A stretch of DNA of 64,000 nucleotides from a virus, in IMG/VR virus record IMGVR_UViG_3300020202_000068, positions 13,277 through 77,276 of that record; one strand, written 5' to 3'. Position numbers and translations under genes: made by a program. This document shows positions 9,689 to 17,798 of this stretch, piece after piece (position 1 is the stretch's first letter; each line of letters starts with the position of its first letter). The notes below the pieces were generated by a model that saw only the letters and a list, made by a program, of their open reading frames with translations, had not been told where the DNA came from and searched no databases.

Positions 9689-10042
9689 TTAGTCTGATCC
9701 GTGGTATCGCGCGACGTACGCTAATCGCCTAAATCCTACCCGATCACCAGAGCCGGTGGCGGTGATCTCCAGGTAGTACGTGGAGTTCTCCGTGAGCGAT
9801 ACCCCGTCTTCCAGGACCCCCTCGTAAACCCCCTGCGTGCCCGTCACGTAGGTCATAGAAACGGCGGAGGCTCCAGAGACCGCCGATCCAGCGGAGTTCT
9901 TGAGGGTGAATGTGAGCGTGGCGTCATTCAGAAAGGTCCCGGCCACCCGGTCGTACAGGCCGCTGCCAGGGACATCCCGATCGCCCCAAAAGACGACATT
10001 GTCCTCGCCGATGTATAAGTTACCGCCCTTGATTCCTGGCAC
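9689..10042 (-). CDS. tail-fibre-associated Ig-like protein
   Basis: Beta-rich, adjacent to the fibre genes. Confidence 0.55.
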   Translation of the reverse strand: MPGIKGGNLYIGEDNVVFWGDRDVPGSGLYDRVAGTFLNDATLTFTLKNSAGSAVSGASAVSMTYVTGTQGVYEGVLEDGVSLTENSTYYLEITATGSGDRVGFRRLAYVARYHGSD

Positions 10043-10066
10043 AGCAGCATCCTTGCCGCAAAAGGC

Positions 10067-10279
10067 CTATTCGGCTCCCGATCCATTCACGTAATCCACA
10101 ATCCCAACTTCCCCTTCCAGCCGGGCTCGCAGGCCTATCTTACCATCTAGGTAGGGGTAAATCCCGACCATCCCGATCAGCGCGTTCACCAGCGGCACGG
10201 CCTGGGCCTCACCAGCCACCCAGGTCCACATCTGACCTGAGCAGTCCAGCTGCCCGGATTGATGGAGTTCGGTGATCAT
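10067..10279 (-). CDS. hypothetical protein
   Basis: TAATG-coupled to the fibre gene. Confidence 0.5.
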   Translation of the reverse strand: MITELHQSGQLDCSGQMWTWVAGEAQAVPLVNALIGMVGIYPYLDGKIGLRARLEGEVGIVDYVNGSGAE

Positions 10280-11847
10280 TAGGTGGGTTGCGTGCGGAAC
10301 TGAATAAAGCGGGTGGCGCAGCCAGTCCCAGTGAACTTCAAGAGGATGTTATCCGCCGTCATCTCGGTGCTTGTGAGGGTGATCTTATAGGCCCCAGCAC
10401 TGATCTCGCTGGCGCTGTTCGAGCAGGAGGCAAAGGCTCCGCCATCCTTACTGATTGTGGCCGTGACCGTGACTCCCGTCTCCGGGGTATTGAAGTCCGT
10501 GGCATCCACCATCACGAATGTCAAGTCAGCCAGGGCCACTCCACGGGTGGGGCGATTCGGATTATCGGCAATGATGGAGTCCACGAGCAGGTCCAGCCGA
10601 CCGCCATTGGCCCAATCCGTTTGGAGTTCATTCGTATCCGCCAGGATCGCCGTAATATCCGTCTGGGCCGTGGAGAGCGATGAAGCTGTAGCGTAGCTTG
10701 CTGCTGCAAGCGTCCTAGCCTCCATCTCGGCATTTGTGGGTGGGTCGTACACGGCCAGGGCGTCTGCTACTTCACTCTGTGCTTCGGCGTCCCAATCCGC
10801 GTTCCACTGCGCCGTCGCATGCGGGAGAATCGCGAACTCACTGCCTGACGTGGGCGTTGTGATCCAGGCTGGTGTTACCGTCGCCGTCTTCGAGCTGCCC
10901 ACGTAATCCGTGATGAGCCTCGACTGGCCCGCACCAGTGCCGCTTGTGATCCGCAGCACATTGCCGTTGTAGATGTCATCCGTGGCGCTGGCAGACGTAT
11001 CCAGAACCGCTGTCGTGGAGGTGCTGCCGCTTTGGCAATTCACACCGCTGCGGATAGCCTTCCAGCCAGAGCCGGTAGCGAAGGAATCGGCCCCCACTCC
11101 GCCGCTGGCAATCGTAACCCCCGCTGAGACAGAGGCGACGCTTCCCAGTAGATTTCCCGTAATGTTATCGACAGTGAAGTTCACTCCACCCGTTCCGTCG
11201 AACGCCGCCTCCAGGCTATCGGCGGCCGTAGAGTCACCGCTGATTTGGGCCATGTTCACGGCTGGGATACCGCTGGCGAACGTCCCCGCCGAACCACCAA
11301 AGTTCACCACATTCACCCCAAGCTGCGCCGTACTCGTCGAGACAGCTGAGCCGGCGATGTTGATGAGGTTCGCGCGGACTTCGGTTGAGGCGACTGCGGT
11401 GCCGGCCCAGTGGGTTGTGTTAACTTCTGGGCGTCCGCTGGAGAAGGTGCCGTTGCTGCCGCCAAATTGGGTGACGTTGGCTGGCAGGTTAGCCGCGCTT
11501 AAGTCAGCTTGATACATCGCAGAGGCGTTGCCGTACGTCTCGACATCGAACATTTGGTCTTCAACGGCCTTGGTTGCCGAGTCGGCTACGGTGATGCTGA
11601 GGACTTTGCATTGCAGCTCGGCATCGCTGAATACAAACTTCCACATCGCCGTGTTGCCCATCGTGATAGCTGTCGGGAGCGTGCCGATGTTCGCAGCAGC
11701 GGCTCCATCCTTCGACACCTTCACGTCACCGGCTGATGGCGTCCAATCAGCGCTCACCGCGAAGTCCACGACGGCACGCTTGACAATCGGCACGTAAACA
11801 TCAGCGCCCGTGCCAGTGCCGTATTTGCGAAGAAAAACTCCCATCAA
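10279..11847 (-). CDS. tail fibre protein
   Basis: Ala/Thr/Ser/Gly-rich with internal repeats NVTQFGGSNGTFSSGRPEVN / NVVNFGGSAGTFASGIPAVN; related Ig-like N- and C-terminal domains (VSKDGAA / ISKDGGA). Confidence 0.7.
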   Translation of the reverse strand: MMGVFLRKYGTGTGADVYVPIVKRAVVDFAVSADWTPSAGDVKVSKDGAAAANIGTLPTAITMGNTAMWKFVFSDAELQCKVLSITVADSATKAVEDQMFDVETYGNASAMYQADLSAANLPANVTQFGGSNGTFSSGRPEVNTTHWAGTAVASTEVRANLINIAGSAVSTSTAQLGVNVVNFGGSAGTFASGIPAVNMAQISGDSTAADSLEAAFDGTGGVNFTVDNITGNLLGSVASVSAGVTIASGGVGADSFATGSGWKAIRSGVNCQSGSTSTTAVLDTSASATDDIYNGNVLRITSGTGAGQSRLITDYVGSSKTATVTPAWITTPTSGSEFAILPHATAQWNADWDAEAQSEVADALAVYDPPTNAEMEARTLAAASYATASSLSTAQTDITAILADTNELQTDWANGGRLDLLVDSIIADNPNRPTRGVALADLTFVMVDATDFNTPETGVTVTATISKDGGAFASCSNSASEISAGAYKITLTSTEMTADNILLKFTGTGCATRFIQFRTQPT

Positions 11848-13115
11848 TCAAACCTCGTGTACATGCCGCGCATGAGGCCGCGAGTGCCACGTTCCAATTG
11901 CGTGTAAACGATTCCGACAGCGGACAAGTCAGCCGCCTCGAAGTCGTCATAAAAGACGTTGGCGATATCCACGCCATAGACCCCACCGCGGGTGTTGCCG
12001 GCAATCGAGCTATCCGTCGTTGGTCCCCATTCCGTGGAACCGTTGCGCGAGCCGGTGATGCTTGAGCCGTTGCACGAGATTTTCAAAACGTCATTCGCAT
12101 TGAGCGAAGACGCCCCGCCGGACGCAATCAGCGTGTACGTTCCCGTGACAACCTTGAAGAAGTCGTATCGCGAGTTGGACGCTCGCCACAGATTCACATA
12201 GGCCGTTTCGGCAGAGCCTGAAAACCTCGCTGTCACACCCCTATTGCTTGTGCCACCGCTCACCCATTTGACCTGTCCATAATGATCGGACGATGAAAGG
12301 TCGGAGTCTGCCCGGACTGTCCGGTTGGCGGACGCCCCGGAATCAAGGCGAAGCTGATTGGTGTTATTGCTCCACGCACCGCTCACTTCGGACCAGGTAA
12401 GCGTGTTTCCGGGGGTTGCGCTGTCGGCCGCGTTGAAGTTGTCGGTGATCGTGGTTTCATGCTTGAGCCGGCCAGGCACGTCCTGCTGGAGCGCCTGCGG
12501 CACCAGCTCGCGCCAATCCTCAGCGCCTTGCAGCCCGAATTTCTCGCACCAGAAGTCGAGCACGCGGCGATGGTGCTCGCGATCCCTGAGCCTGCCCTTC
12601 TGGGCATCGTCCATCAGCTCGGCAAACTGTTTCCTGAGCAGATGTTTGATCTTCGGCGTGTGGTCATTGCCACGAGAGCCCGGCCTGCCCCACTCGAATC
12701 GCTCGCTCAAGACGCGGCTGTGGCCAGCCATATAGAGATCAAGCCAGCCAGAGAGCGACGGCATGAGCGGCAGGGGTCCGCTGGAGCCATCCGGGTCCGA
12801 GCCGCCAACCAGGCAGTCGTAGATCAACTCCACCAACCTGTCGCCGCGTGGACGATAGCCAGCGAGCGATTGGAAGGCCGACCGCATGTCGTTGCCAGCC
12901 GCCAGCTCCCGGCAATCGCCATCACCCAGCAGCGCGTACTCGCTCGGCAGAACCGCGCCACTCGTCCAGCAGACGCAAACAGGACGGTCGCTGCCCGCAA
13001 TGGCTTGGCTTGGAACGCTGCCCAAGTCGATCATGCCCAGCGTGCCAGCGGGACGGGAGAAATGCCCGCCAAAGTCATTCACAACCCACGGAATGGGACC
13101 GATGTAATACTTCAT
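11844..13115 (-). CDS. putative receptor-binding protein with C-terminal lectin (ConA-like) domain
   Basis: TITDNFNAAD...W....G.W...YDDFEAAD lectin-like module. Confidence 0.55.
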   Translation of the reverse strand: MKYYIGPIPWVVNDFGGHFSRPAGTLGMIDLGSVPSQAIAGSDRPVCVCWTSGAVLPSEYALLGDGDCRELAAGNDMRSAFQSLAGYRPRGDRLVELIYDCLVGGSDPDGSSGPLPLMPSLSGWLDLYMAGHSRVLSERFEWGRPGSRGNDHTPKIKHLLRKQFAELMDDAQKGRLRDREHHRRVLDFWCEKFGLQGAEDWRELVPQALQQDVPGRLKHETTITDNFNAADSATPGNTLTWSEVSGAWSNNTNQLRLDSGASANRTVRADSDLSSSDHYGQVKWVSGGTSNRGVTARFSGSAETAYVNLWRASNSRYDFFKVVTGTYTLIASGGASSLNANDVLKISCNGSSITGSRNGSTEWGPTTDSSIAGNTRGGVYGVDIANVFYDDFEAADLSAVGIVYTQLERGTRGLMRGMYTRFD

Positions 13116-13552
13116 CCGGCCACCTCCGCGCAGTTCAGCCCGTTGATGTTGACGCCGGGATCAAGCTGGCTCGCGAGAGACTGAATAAGCGAGCGGTACG
13201 AATCGCCGTCCTGGTGACTGGCGTCGAAGTTCAATCCATTTCCGTCGAGGTTATAGGCTTCGACACTCTGCACCAGACCCGTGCGGGCCTCTGACTCCAT
13301 GCCGTCCATACGCCCATCGAGGTTGTAATCTGGGAAGACGTATGCATTGGTGACCGCTGCAATCGCATTCACGTTGGCAGTTGCGACGAGGCACAGCGCG
13401 AAGTTGTGCTTCGGTTGGCCAAGATTGGGGCCGCTCGTGTGGGTCGGGATGATGGCCGCACTGTTCACGTTCGCGACATCCGAGACGGACGCACGATATA
13501 CATCCTCTCCGACGCCGGTTCCAATGATCGGGCTAATCATGTATCGCAGCAT
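13112..13552 (-). CDS. hypothetical virion-associated protein
   Basis: AGGGAG SD; ATGA-coupled to the next gene. Confidence 0.6.
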   Translation of the reverse strand: MLRYMISPIIGTGVGEDVYRASVSDVANVNSAAIIPTHTSGPNLGQPKHNFALCLVATANVNAIAAVTNAYVFPDYNLDGRMDGMESEARTGLVQSVEAYNLDGNGLNFDASHQDGDSYRSLIQSLASQLDPGVNINGLNCAEVAG

Positions 13553-13567
13553 TCAATCACTCCCTAT

Positions 13568-13648
13568 TTATCGTTTTCGAGGCTGCATGAGTTCTTTCCG
13601 ACGTTCCTTCGGCAGGTATTCGCGTTCAACCAGTTCCGGGTCGTGCTG
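13568..13648 (-). pseudogene. displaced original 3' end of gene 14123-14509
   Basis: Encodes QHDPELVEREYLPKERRKEL*-like peptide, paralogous to QWDVELAEREVLPKEKRKEL at the end of 14123-14509. Confidence 0.8.
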
Positions 13649-13649
13649 G

Positions 13650-14126
13650 CTAGTTGTTGGCTGGGGTAACCCAAGACCGGCCGTTCCTGATGTGTTTAAT
13701 AGCTGCCTGCGAAACACCAAAAGCGGTTGCCAGAATGCGCTCATGCACTCCGGCTGCGGATAGCGTTTTGATGTTTTCAACTTCCCATTTTAGCAGCCGC
13801 GACCTGTAGTGCCGCTCGCCGCATGGGATTGTTCCGTGAGCGATCCGGTCACGATTGTTCTCGGTGACAGTGCCCCACACCACGTTATTGGCGTGATTGT
13901 TTCGGGGATTCCCGTCTTTATGGCGGCACACAGCCCCCGCAGGGCGAGGACCGTTAAAAGTCTCGCACACGAGTACATGAACGTGATACGTCTTGCCGTC
14001 TAGGGAGACGTTGAAATACCGCCCATTCCACGATAGCTTCAAAGCCTTTAGAGAGCCACGCCTCTCACTGAGTATTAGCCCGTCTGTTGTCGCGTAATAC
14101 CCAACACGATTGGCGATTGGCCTCAT
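13650..14126 (-). mobile_element. free-standing HNH homing endonuclease (I-HmuI/NUMOD4-type with C-terminal HTH)
   Basis: VHVLVCETFNGPRP..VCRHKDGNPRNNHANNVVWGT..EN..D; ATGA-coupled to upstream gene; flanked by duplicated coding sequence. Confidence 0.85.
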
Positions 14127-14509
14127 TTCCTCTTTGGAACGCAAGGCAGTAGCTCCTTCCTTTTCTCTTTTGGGAGAACCTCCCTCTCTGCCAGCTCTAC
14201 ATCCCATTGTGTCCAGGTCTCTCGGGCGGCTCGTGAGGTAATGTGGCGGGTTTGCTCTCCGTCCTGCCAGTGACAGGTCCAGTAGCCAGTCTGCCAGTCC
14301 TTTTCCGGGAGCTGCTCGTGCTTCTTCACCAGCCGCCAGGCCCGTACATTGTAGCGGCCATCACCACCCGACCAGTCGTAAAAAATAACCTGATCGAAGA
14401 CAAGCCTCCCATGCTCGTCAAAGAAGTGATTGACCTCAATGAGATCGACCGTCTCTCTGGAGGTGCTGTCACGCGGGATGACCCCTAGGAGCAGCAATAA
14501 GATCGGCAT
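14123..14509 (-). CDS. conserved Planctomycete-type hypothetical protein
   Basis: VDLIEVNHFFDEHGRLVFDQVIFYDW...VRAWR...RETWTQ motif, recalled from Planctomycete genomes. Confidence 0.65.
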   Translation of the reverse strand: MPILLLLLGVIPRDSTSRETVDLIEVNHFFDEHGRLVFDQVIFYDWSGGDGRYNVRAWRLVKKHEQLPEKDWQTGYWTCHWQDGEQTRHITSRAARETWTQWDVELAEREVLPKEKRKELLPCVPKRK

Positions 14510-14518
14510 TCGTGCCTC

Positions 14519-14734
14519 CTACGAGTCTGTCTCCAGGACGATATTGCCGTTCCTGAGCACGCGAGCCTTAATTCCCAGCGAGGCCCCGGAGATCAGGTCC
14601 TCGTTACTGAAGGTCCGCTTGCTGAACCGCACGCCAGCTAGCGCCATCCGCTCCCGGAGGGAGTCATTCTCAGCCCATAAGGCCCCGATAATGGCCAGCA
14701 ACTCTTTATTGGTCGGGTCGATCACTACGTCCAT
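14519..14734 (-). CDS. hypothetical protein
   Basis: GGAGG SD. Confidence 0.55.
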   Translation of the reverse strand: MDVVIDPTNKELLAIIGALWAENDSLRERMALAGVRFSKRTFSNEDLISGASLGIKARVLRNGNIVLETDS

Positions 14735-14743
14735 GCGGGCCTC

Positions 14744-15094
14744 CTATTGCCTGTCCCGTTCATCCAGGACGCGATCGAGGTGGCGGTGTACGTTCTGGTC
14801 ATCCGTGGCGGCCTTGGCGGCCTCGGCGATATGGCCCAGCATCTTGGGCACCTTCGACTGGACTGTGAAGCTCTTAGTGAGCATGTCCAGGTTCTTGGTA
14901 TTAGCCTCCAGGCTTTCTGTATTGCGCTTCGAACAGTCCTTGAGCACGTCCGTCAGCTCGATCTGGCCCTGAAACCACTTCCCCCCGTACATCCAGATCA
15001 GGTACATCACCAGCCCGAAGATGGCCGTGAGGGGGCCTTTCTCCAGGAGGTAGGTGACGACGCTGCCGATGTCTGGTGCTTGCGCGAATAGCAT
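14744..15094 (-). CDS. holin-like membrane protein
   Basis: Single N-terminal TM (GPLTAIFGLVMYLIWMYG) followed by a coiled coil, as in BhlA-like holins. Confidence 0.5.
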   Translation of the reverse strand: MLFAQAPDIGSVVTYLLEKGPLTAIFGLVMYLIWMYGGKWFQGQIELTDVLKDCSKRNTESLEANTKNLDMLTKSFTVQSKVPKMLGHIAEAAKAATDDQNVHRHLDRVLDERDRQ

Positions 15095-15120
15095 GGGGCG
15101 AATCCATTCGTCCTAATTAA

Positions 15121-15570
15121 CTACCACCTACGGAAGATGCCCCTCACAGGCCGACTATTATTGTAATAGCTACCTTGAGAGTAGTAGTTGCTGTAGGTTG
15201 AGCGGGCTGGTTGGGGGCAGGTCGCGCAGACCGGAGCGGTGGCCGGGGCCGCGAACACTGTCGGCCTGGCTTTCAGCCCCTCGTTTTCCTTCCGCAGCTC
15301 CGCGATCTCCATATCGAGGAGCACCAGCTTGGTTTGCAGCTCCAGCTCCGTGGCTGTGAACTGCTCAGGTGGAAGATGCTGGGGCGTACCGTCGTCATCG
15401 GCAGAGGCCCCAGCGCCGTCGTCGGAGGAGGAGGCCGACTCGGCAGATGATTCGTTGCCAAAGATCACCTTCTTGATGATCGCGGCGGGGATGCTGGGTT
15501 TCGGAGGCTCAGGCTTCTTAAACAAGAAGAGCACCACAACCACGATTCCCAGCGCTAAAAGACGGTTCAT
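15121..15570 (-). CDS. secreted/membrane protein with coiled coil
   Basis: Signal anchor MNRLLALGIVVVVLFLF; coupled ATGA. Confidence 0.55.
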   Translation of the reverse strand: MNRLLALGIVVVVLFLFKKPEPPKPSIPAAIIKKVIFGNESSAESASSSDDGAGASADDDGTPQHLPPEQFTATELELQTKLVLLDMEIAELRKENEGLKARPTVFAAPATAPVCATCPQPARSTYSNYYSQGSYYNNSRPVRGIFRRW

Positions 15571-16031
15571 GCGACGACCCTCCGAGACAGCAGGCGAACG
15601 AGTGCATTCAGCCACCAATCGTTCCAGCCGCTAAGAATACAGTAATTGCGATCGAAGACCCCATCGTGATGGCCAGCGTGGTGCTGGGGGCTGATGATCA
15701 GGCGCGTGGCCTGTAAGAACGCCACAAACCTCCCACCGCCCTCATGCGCCCAGTAATGCGGGAGCTGGGCGAAGCAGCCGATCACACCCGCGATCGTCAG
15801 AAACTCTGAGTGAACCCAGGCCCCGTAAACCAAGGCCGGAATAGCTGCCAGCATAGGCTGCCAGTCAAAGCCGTCCATGGAATTGGTCTTGTGATGGTTC
15901 TCGAACAGGTCGATCTGCTGCTGGACGTTCCAGCCCTTGTCGGTGAGCAGGTGATAAACGCCCGTTAAGGCATCCACCAGAATGTAGGCCAGCACGGCTT
16001 TCACGAAGAGCATGAGGATCGCGAGCATCAT
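15567..16031 (-). CDS. CarF/TMEM189 (Kua/FAD4-like) lipid desaturase family protein
   Basis: GVYHLLTD, FENHH, HYWAH, QHHAGHH, NYCILSGWN: eight-His membrane desaturase pattern. Confidence 0.85.
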   Translation of the reverse strand: MMLAILMLFVKAVLAYILVDALTGVYHLLTDKGWNVQQQIDLFENHHKTNSMDGFDWQPMLAAIPALVYGAWVHSEFLTIAGVIGCFAQLPHYWAHEGGGRFVAFLQATRLIISPQHHAGHHDGVFDRNYCILSGWNDWWLNALVRLLSRRVVA

Positions 16032-16927
16032 GGACCCCCTACTGGCTTCAGCCAATCGTCCGGGGTGGTCATCGTGGCAATCGCAAACGACCCGCTCCAG
16101 GCACTCCTCATCGTCCCCTTGGAGTCATAACGGATCACATCGTAGCTGTCCGGGTAGGGGGCGGAGCTGATCTCGTTGCCGCTAAACTGGAGCCCCGCCC
16201 AGGGCACGGCGTGGCCCGAGCGACCGACGCTCACCAAGTAACCGTGCAGGAGCAGGCACACAGCCTGTTCGTACGAGGAGGGGAAGATCACCTCCAGGGG
16301 TTTGAACCACTTAGCCGTCTCTTCCCAGCCCGCCGGGAAGCTGGAGACACTGACCCAAGGGCCTTTGGACTGATTCTTTCCGCCCTGGCCAGTCGTGCCT
16401 TGCAGGCTGTGTTTGAAACTGTATTCGAGGGGCTGAATCTTCTCCGGCAGGAAGCCTCGCCGACAAGCAATCTCCAGCACCTGCCGGATGCCTGCTCCGC
16501 CCCATTGCCGGGGGTTAGCCTCGGCGTACACCGAAAGCGGGCTGAGCCAGACCGAGCCCTTCACCGACTCGTCGTAGCGGAAGTCCTTCTTCGGGCCGTC
16601 GGGGAAGATGATGCCCCGGGCCCGGTTGCGGGCCGCTTCGGCATTCGCCCGGAGGGAGTGGCAGGTGCATTCGTGGGTGGGTGACTGGTTCGTGAAGCGG
16701 TCCAGCCGATTCATCCCCCAGGTCTTGTATTTGTCGTTGTCGCGGGCCTTATCCGCCCAGTCCTTGGGCTCAATCCAGAGGGCCGTCGGGAACTCTCGCG
16801 AGGATGAGCCGCAGACATCCATCAAGACATCGCGGGTGTCCCCGGCCTGAATCTCGACCGGGTAACCGTCGTGCTGCGGAAGGACTACGTCAACGAGTTT
16901 GGGGTCAACTGGGTCGAAGCTGCTCAT
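16028..16927 (-). CDS. papain-like (C1-type) cysteine peptidase
   Basis: NQ....ECTCHS catalytic Cys, LSPLSVY, GHAV catalytic His, DSY. Confidence 0.7.
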   Translation of the reverse strand: MSSFDPVDPKLVDVVLPQHDGYPVEIQAGDTRDVLMDVCGSSSREFPTALWIEPKDWADKARDNDKYKTWGMNRLDRFTNQSPTHECTCHSLRANAEAARNRARGIIFPDGPKKDFRYDESVKGSVWLSPLSVYAEANPRQWGGAGIRQVLEIACRRGFLPEKIQPLEYSFKHSLQGTTGQGGKNQSKGPWVSVSSFPAGWEETAKWFKPLEVIFPSSYEQAVCLLLHGYLVSVGRSGHAVPWAGLQFSGNEISSAPYPDSYDVIRYDSKGTMRSAWSGSFAIATMTTPDDWLKPVGGP

Positions 16928-17304
16928 TTCAGTACCTCCATGACATCAGCTTCCGTCTGCGGGGCCTTCACGGTCTTCAAGACCTTCTCGCCAGCCGTGG
17001 CGACAGCCGCTGGCAGGCCAGACTCTCTAGCCGCTGCCACCGGGACCTTGTATTGGTCTGGAATCTCGCCAGAGCCATCCGTGGAATCCACTTCATGGAA
17101 CGTGGCAACTAAACTTAAGTCTTTGTCGCGATTAAGTTTATCGAATGCTGCCTGGACTGGGTTCGGAATGCCGCCCGAGTCCTTCTCGTACACATAAGTC
17201 ACAGCCGTGGCCTTCTGTGTGGACGGGAAGATATTCGGTAGGTTGCCCTTGAACGCGAAGTACAAGAGCGCCAACGCCAGGACAGTGCGTAAGTCAAACT
17301 TCAC
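16924..17304 (-). CDS. exported thioredoxin-like-fold hypothetical protein
   Basis: N-terminal signal/TM; GLPAAVA...KAPQT..V C-terminus. Confidence 0.5.
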   Translation of the reverse strand: MKFDLRTVLALALLYFAFKGNLPNIFPSTQKATAVTYVYEKDSGGIPNPVQAAFDKLNRDKDLSLVATFHEVDSTDGSGEIPDQYKVPVAAARESGLPAAVATAGEKVLKTVKAPQTEADVMEVLK

Positions 17305-17314
17305 AGCCGGCCTC

Positions 17315-17659
17315 CTATTCCGCGCAGTGTTCGCACTTCTTCATGACCTTCAGGACCGCCTCTTCATGGTCCTTATCGCCAGCTTCCTTAGCCTTAAACA
17401 ACTCCTCCAGGAGCTTCTTCAGGAAGTCGGAGAAGTCAAAAGGACCGGGGGCGGGTGGGGTGGGATCAGTGTTAGGGGGCTGCGGCTCCAGGCGAGCCAA
17501 TAGGAACTTCAACAGCTGCACCAGAATCGTGGAGAAACTGAAGCCGCCGCCTGCCTGAGCGGGCTGACTACCCCGGAAGAACAGCAAGTAGATCGCGATC
17601 GCTGCGGCGATCAGCGGGTGGGACTGAATCAGTCCAATCAGGAAAGAGATGTCTTGCAC
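17315..17659 (-). CDS. membrane protein
   Basis: TM segments; GTG start after ATGGAG (track start 17713). Confidence 0.55.
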   Translation of the reverse strand: MQDISFLIGLIQSHPLIAAAIAIYLLFFRGSQPAQAGGGFSFSTILVQLLKFLLARLEPQPPNTDPTPPAPGPFDFSDFLKKLLEELFKAKEAGDKDHEEAVLKVMKKCEHCAE

Positions 17660-17754
17660 GACAAGGCCTCCATGCCAAAGAACGTCCATCATCGACCAGC
17701 CGTGATCATACACGGAACGTCAGTGGTTACGCAAAGACCCACCCGAAATGGCTA

Positions 17755-17798
17755 GGCAAAAGCGACATGCCGTGTCGCTTTTGACGTAAGTCCTTATT
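17755..17798. repeat. dispersed ~45 bp palindromic element, copy A
   Basis: GGCAAAAGCGACA-TGCCG-TGTCGCTTTTGACGTAAGTCCTTATT (11 bp perfect inverted repeat). Confidence 0.85.

Noticed and set aside
13568-14212. Diversity-generating retroelement TR/VR pair
   Set aside because: Differences are not adenine-specific and no reverse transcriptase is present; HNH insertion explains the duplication.
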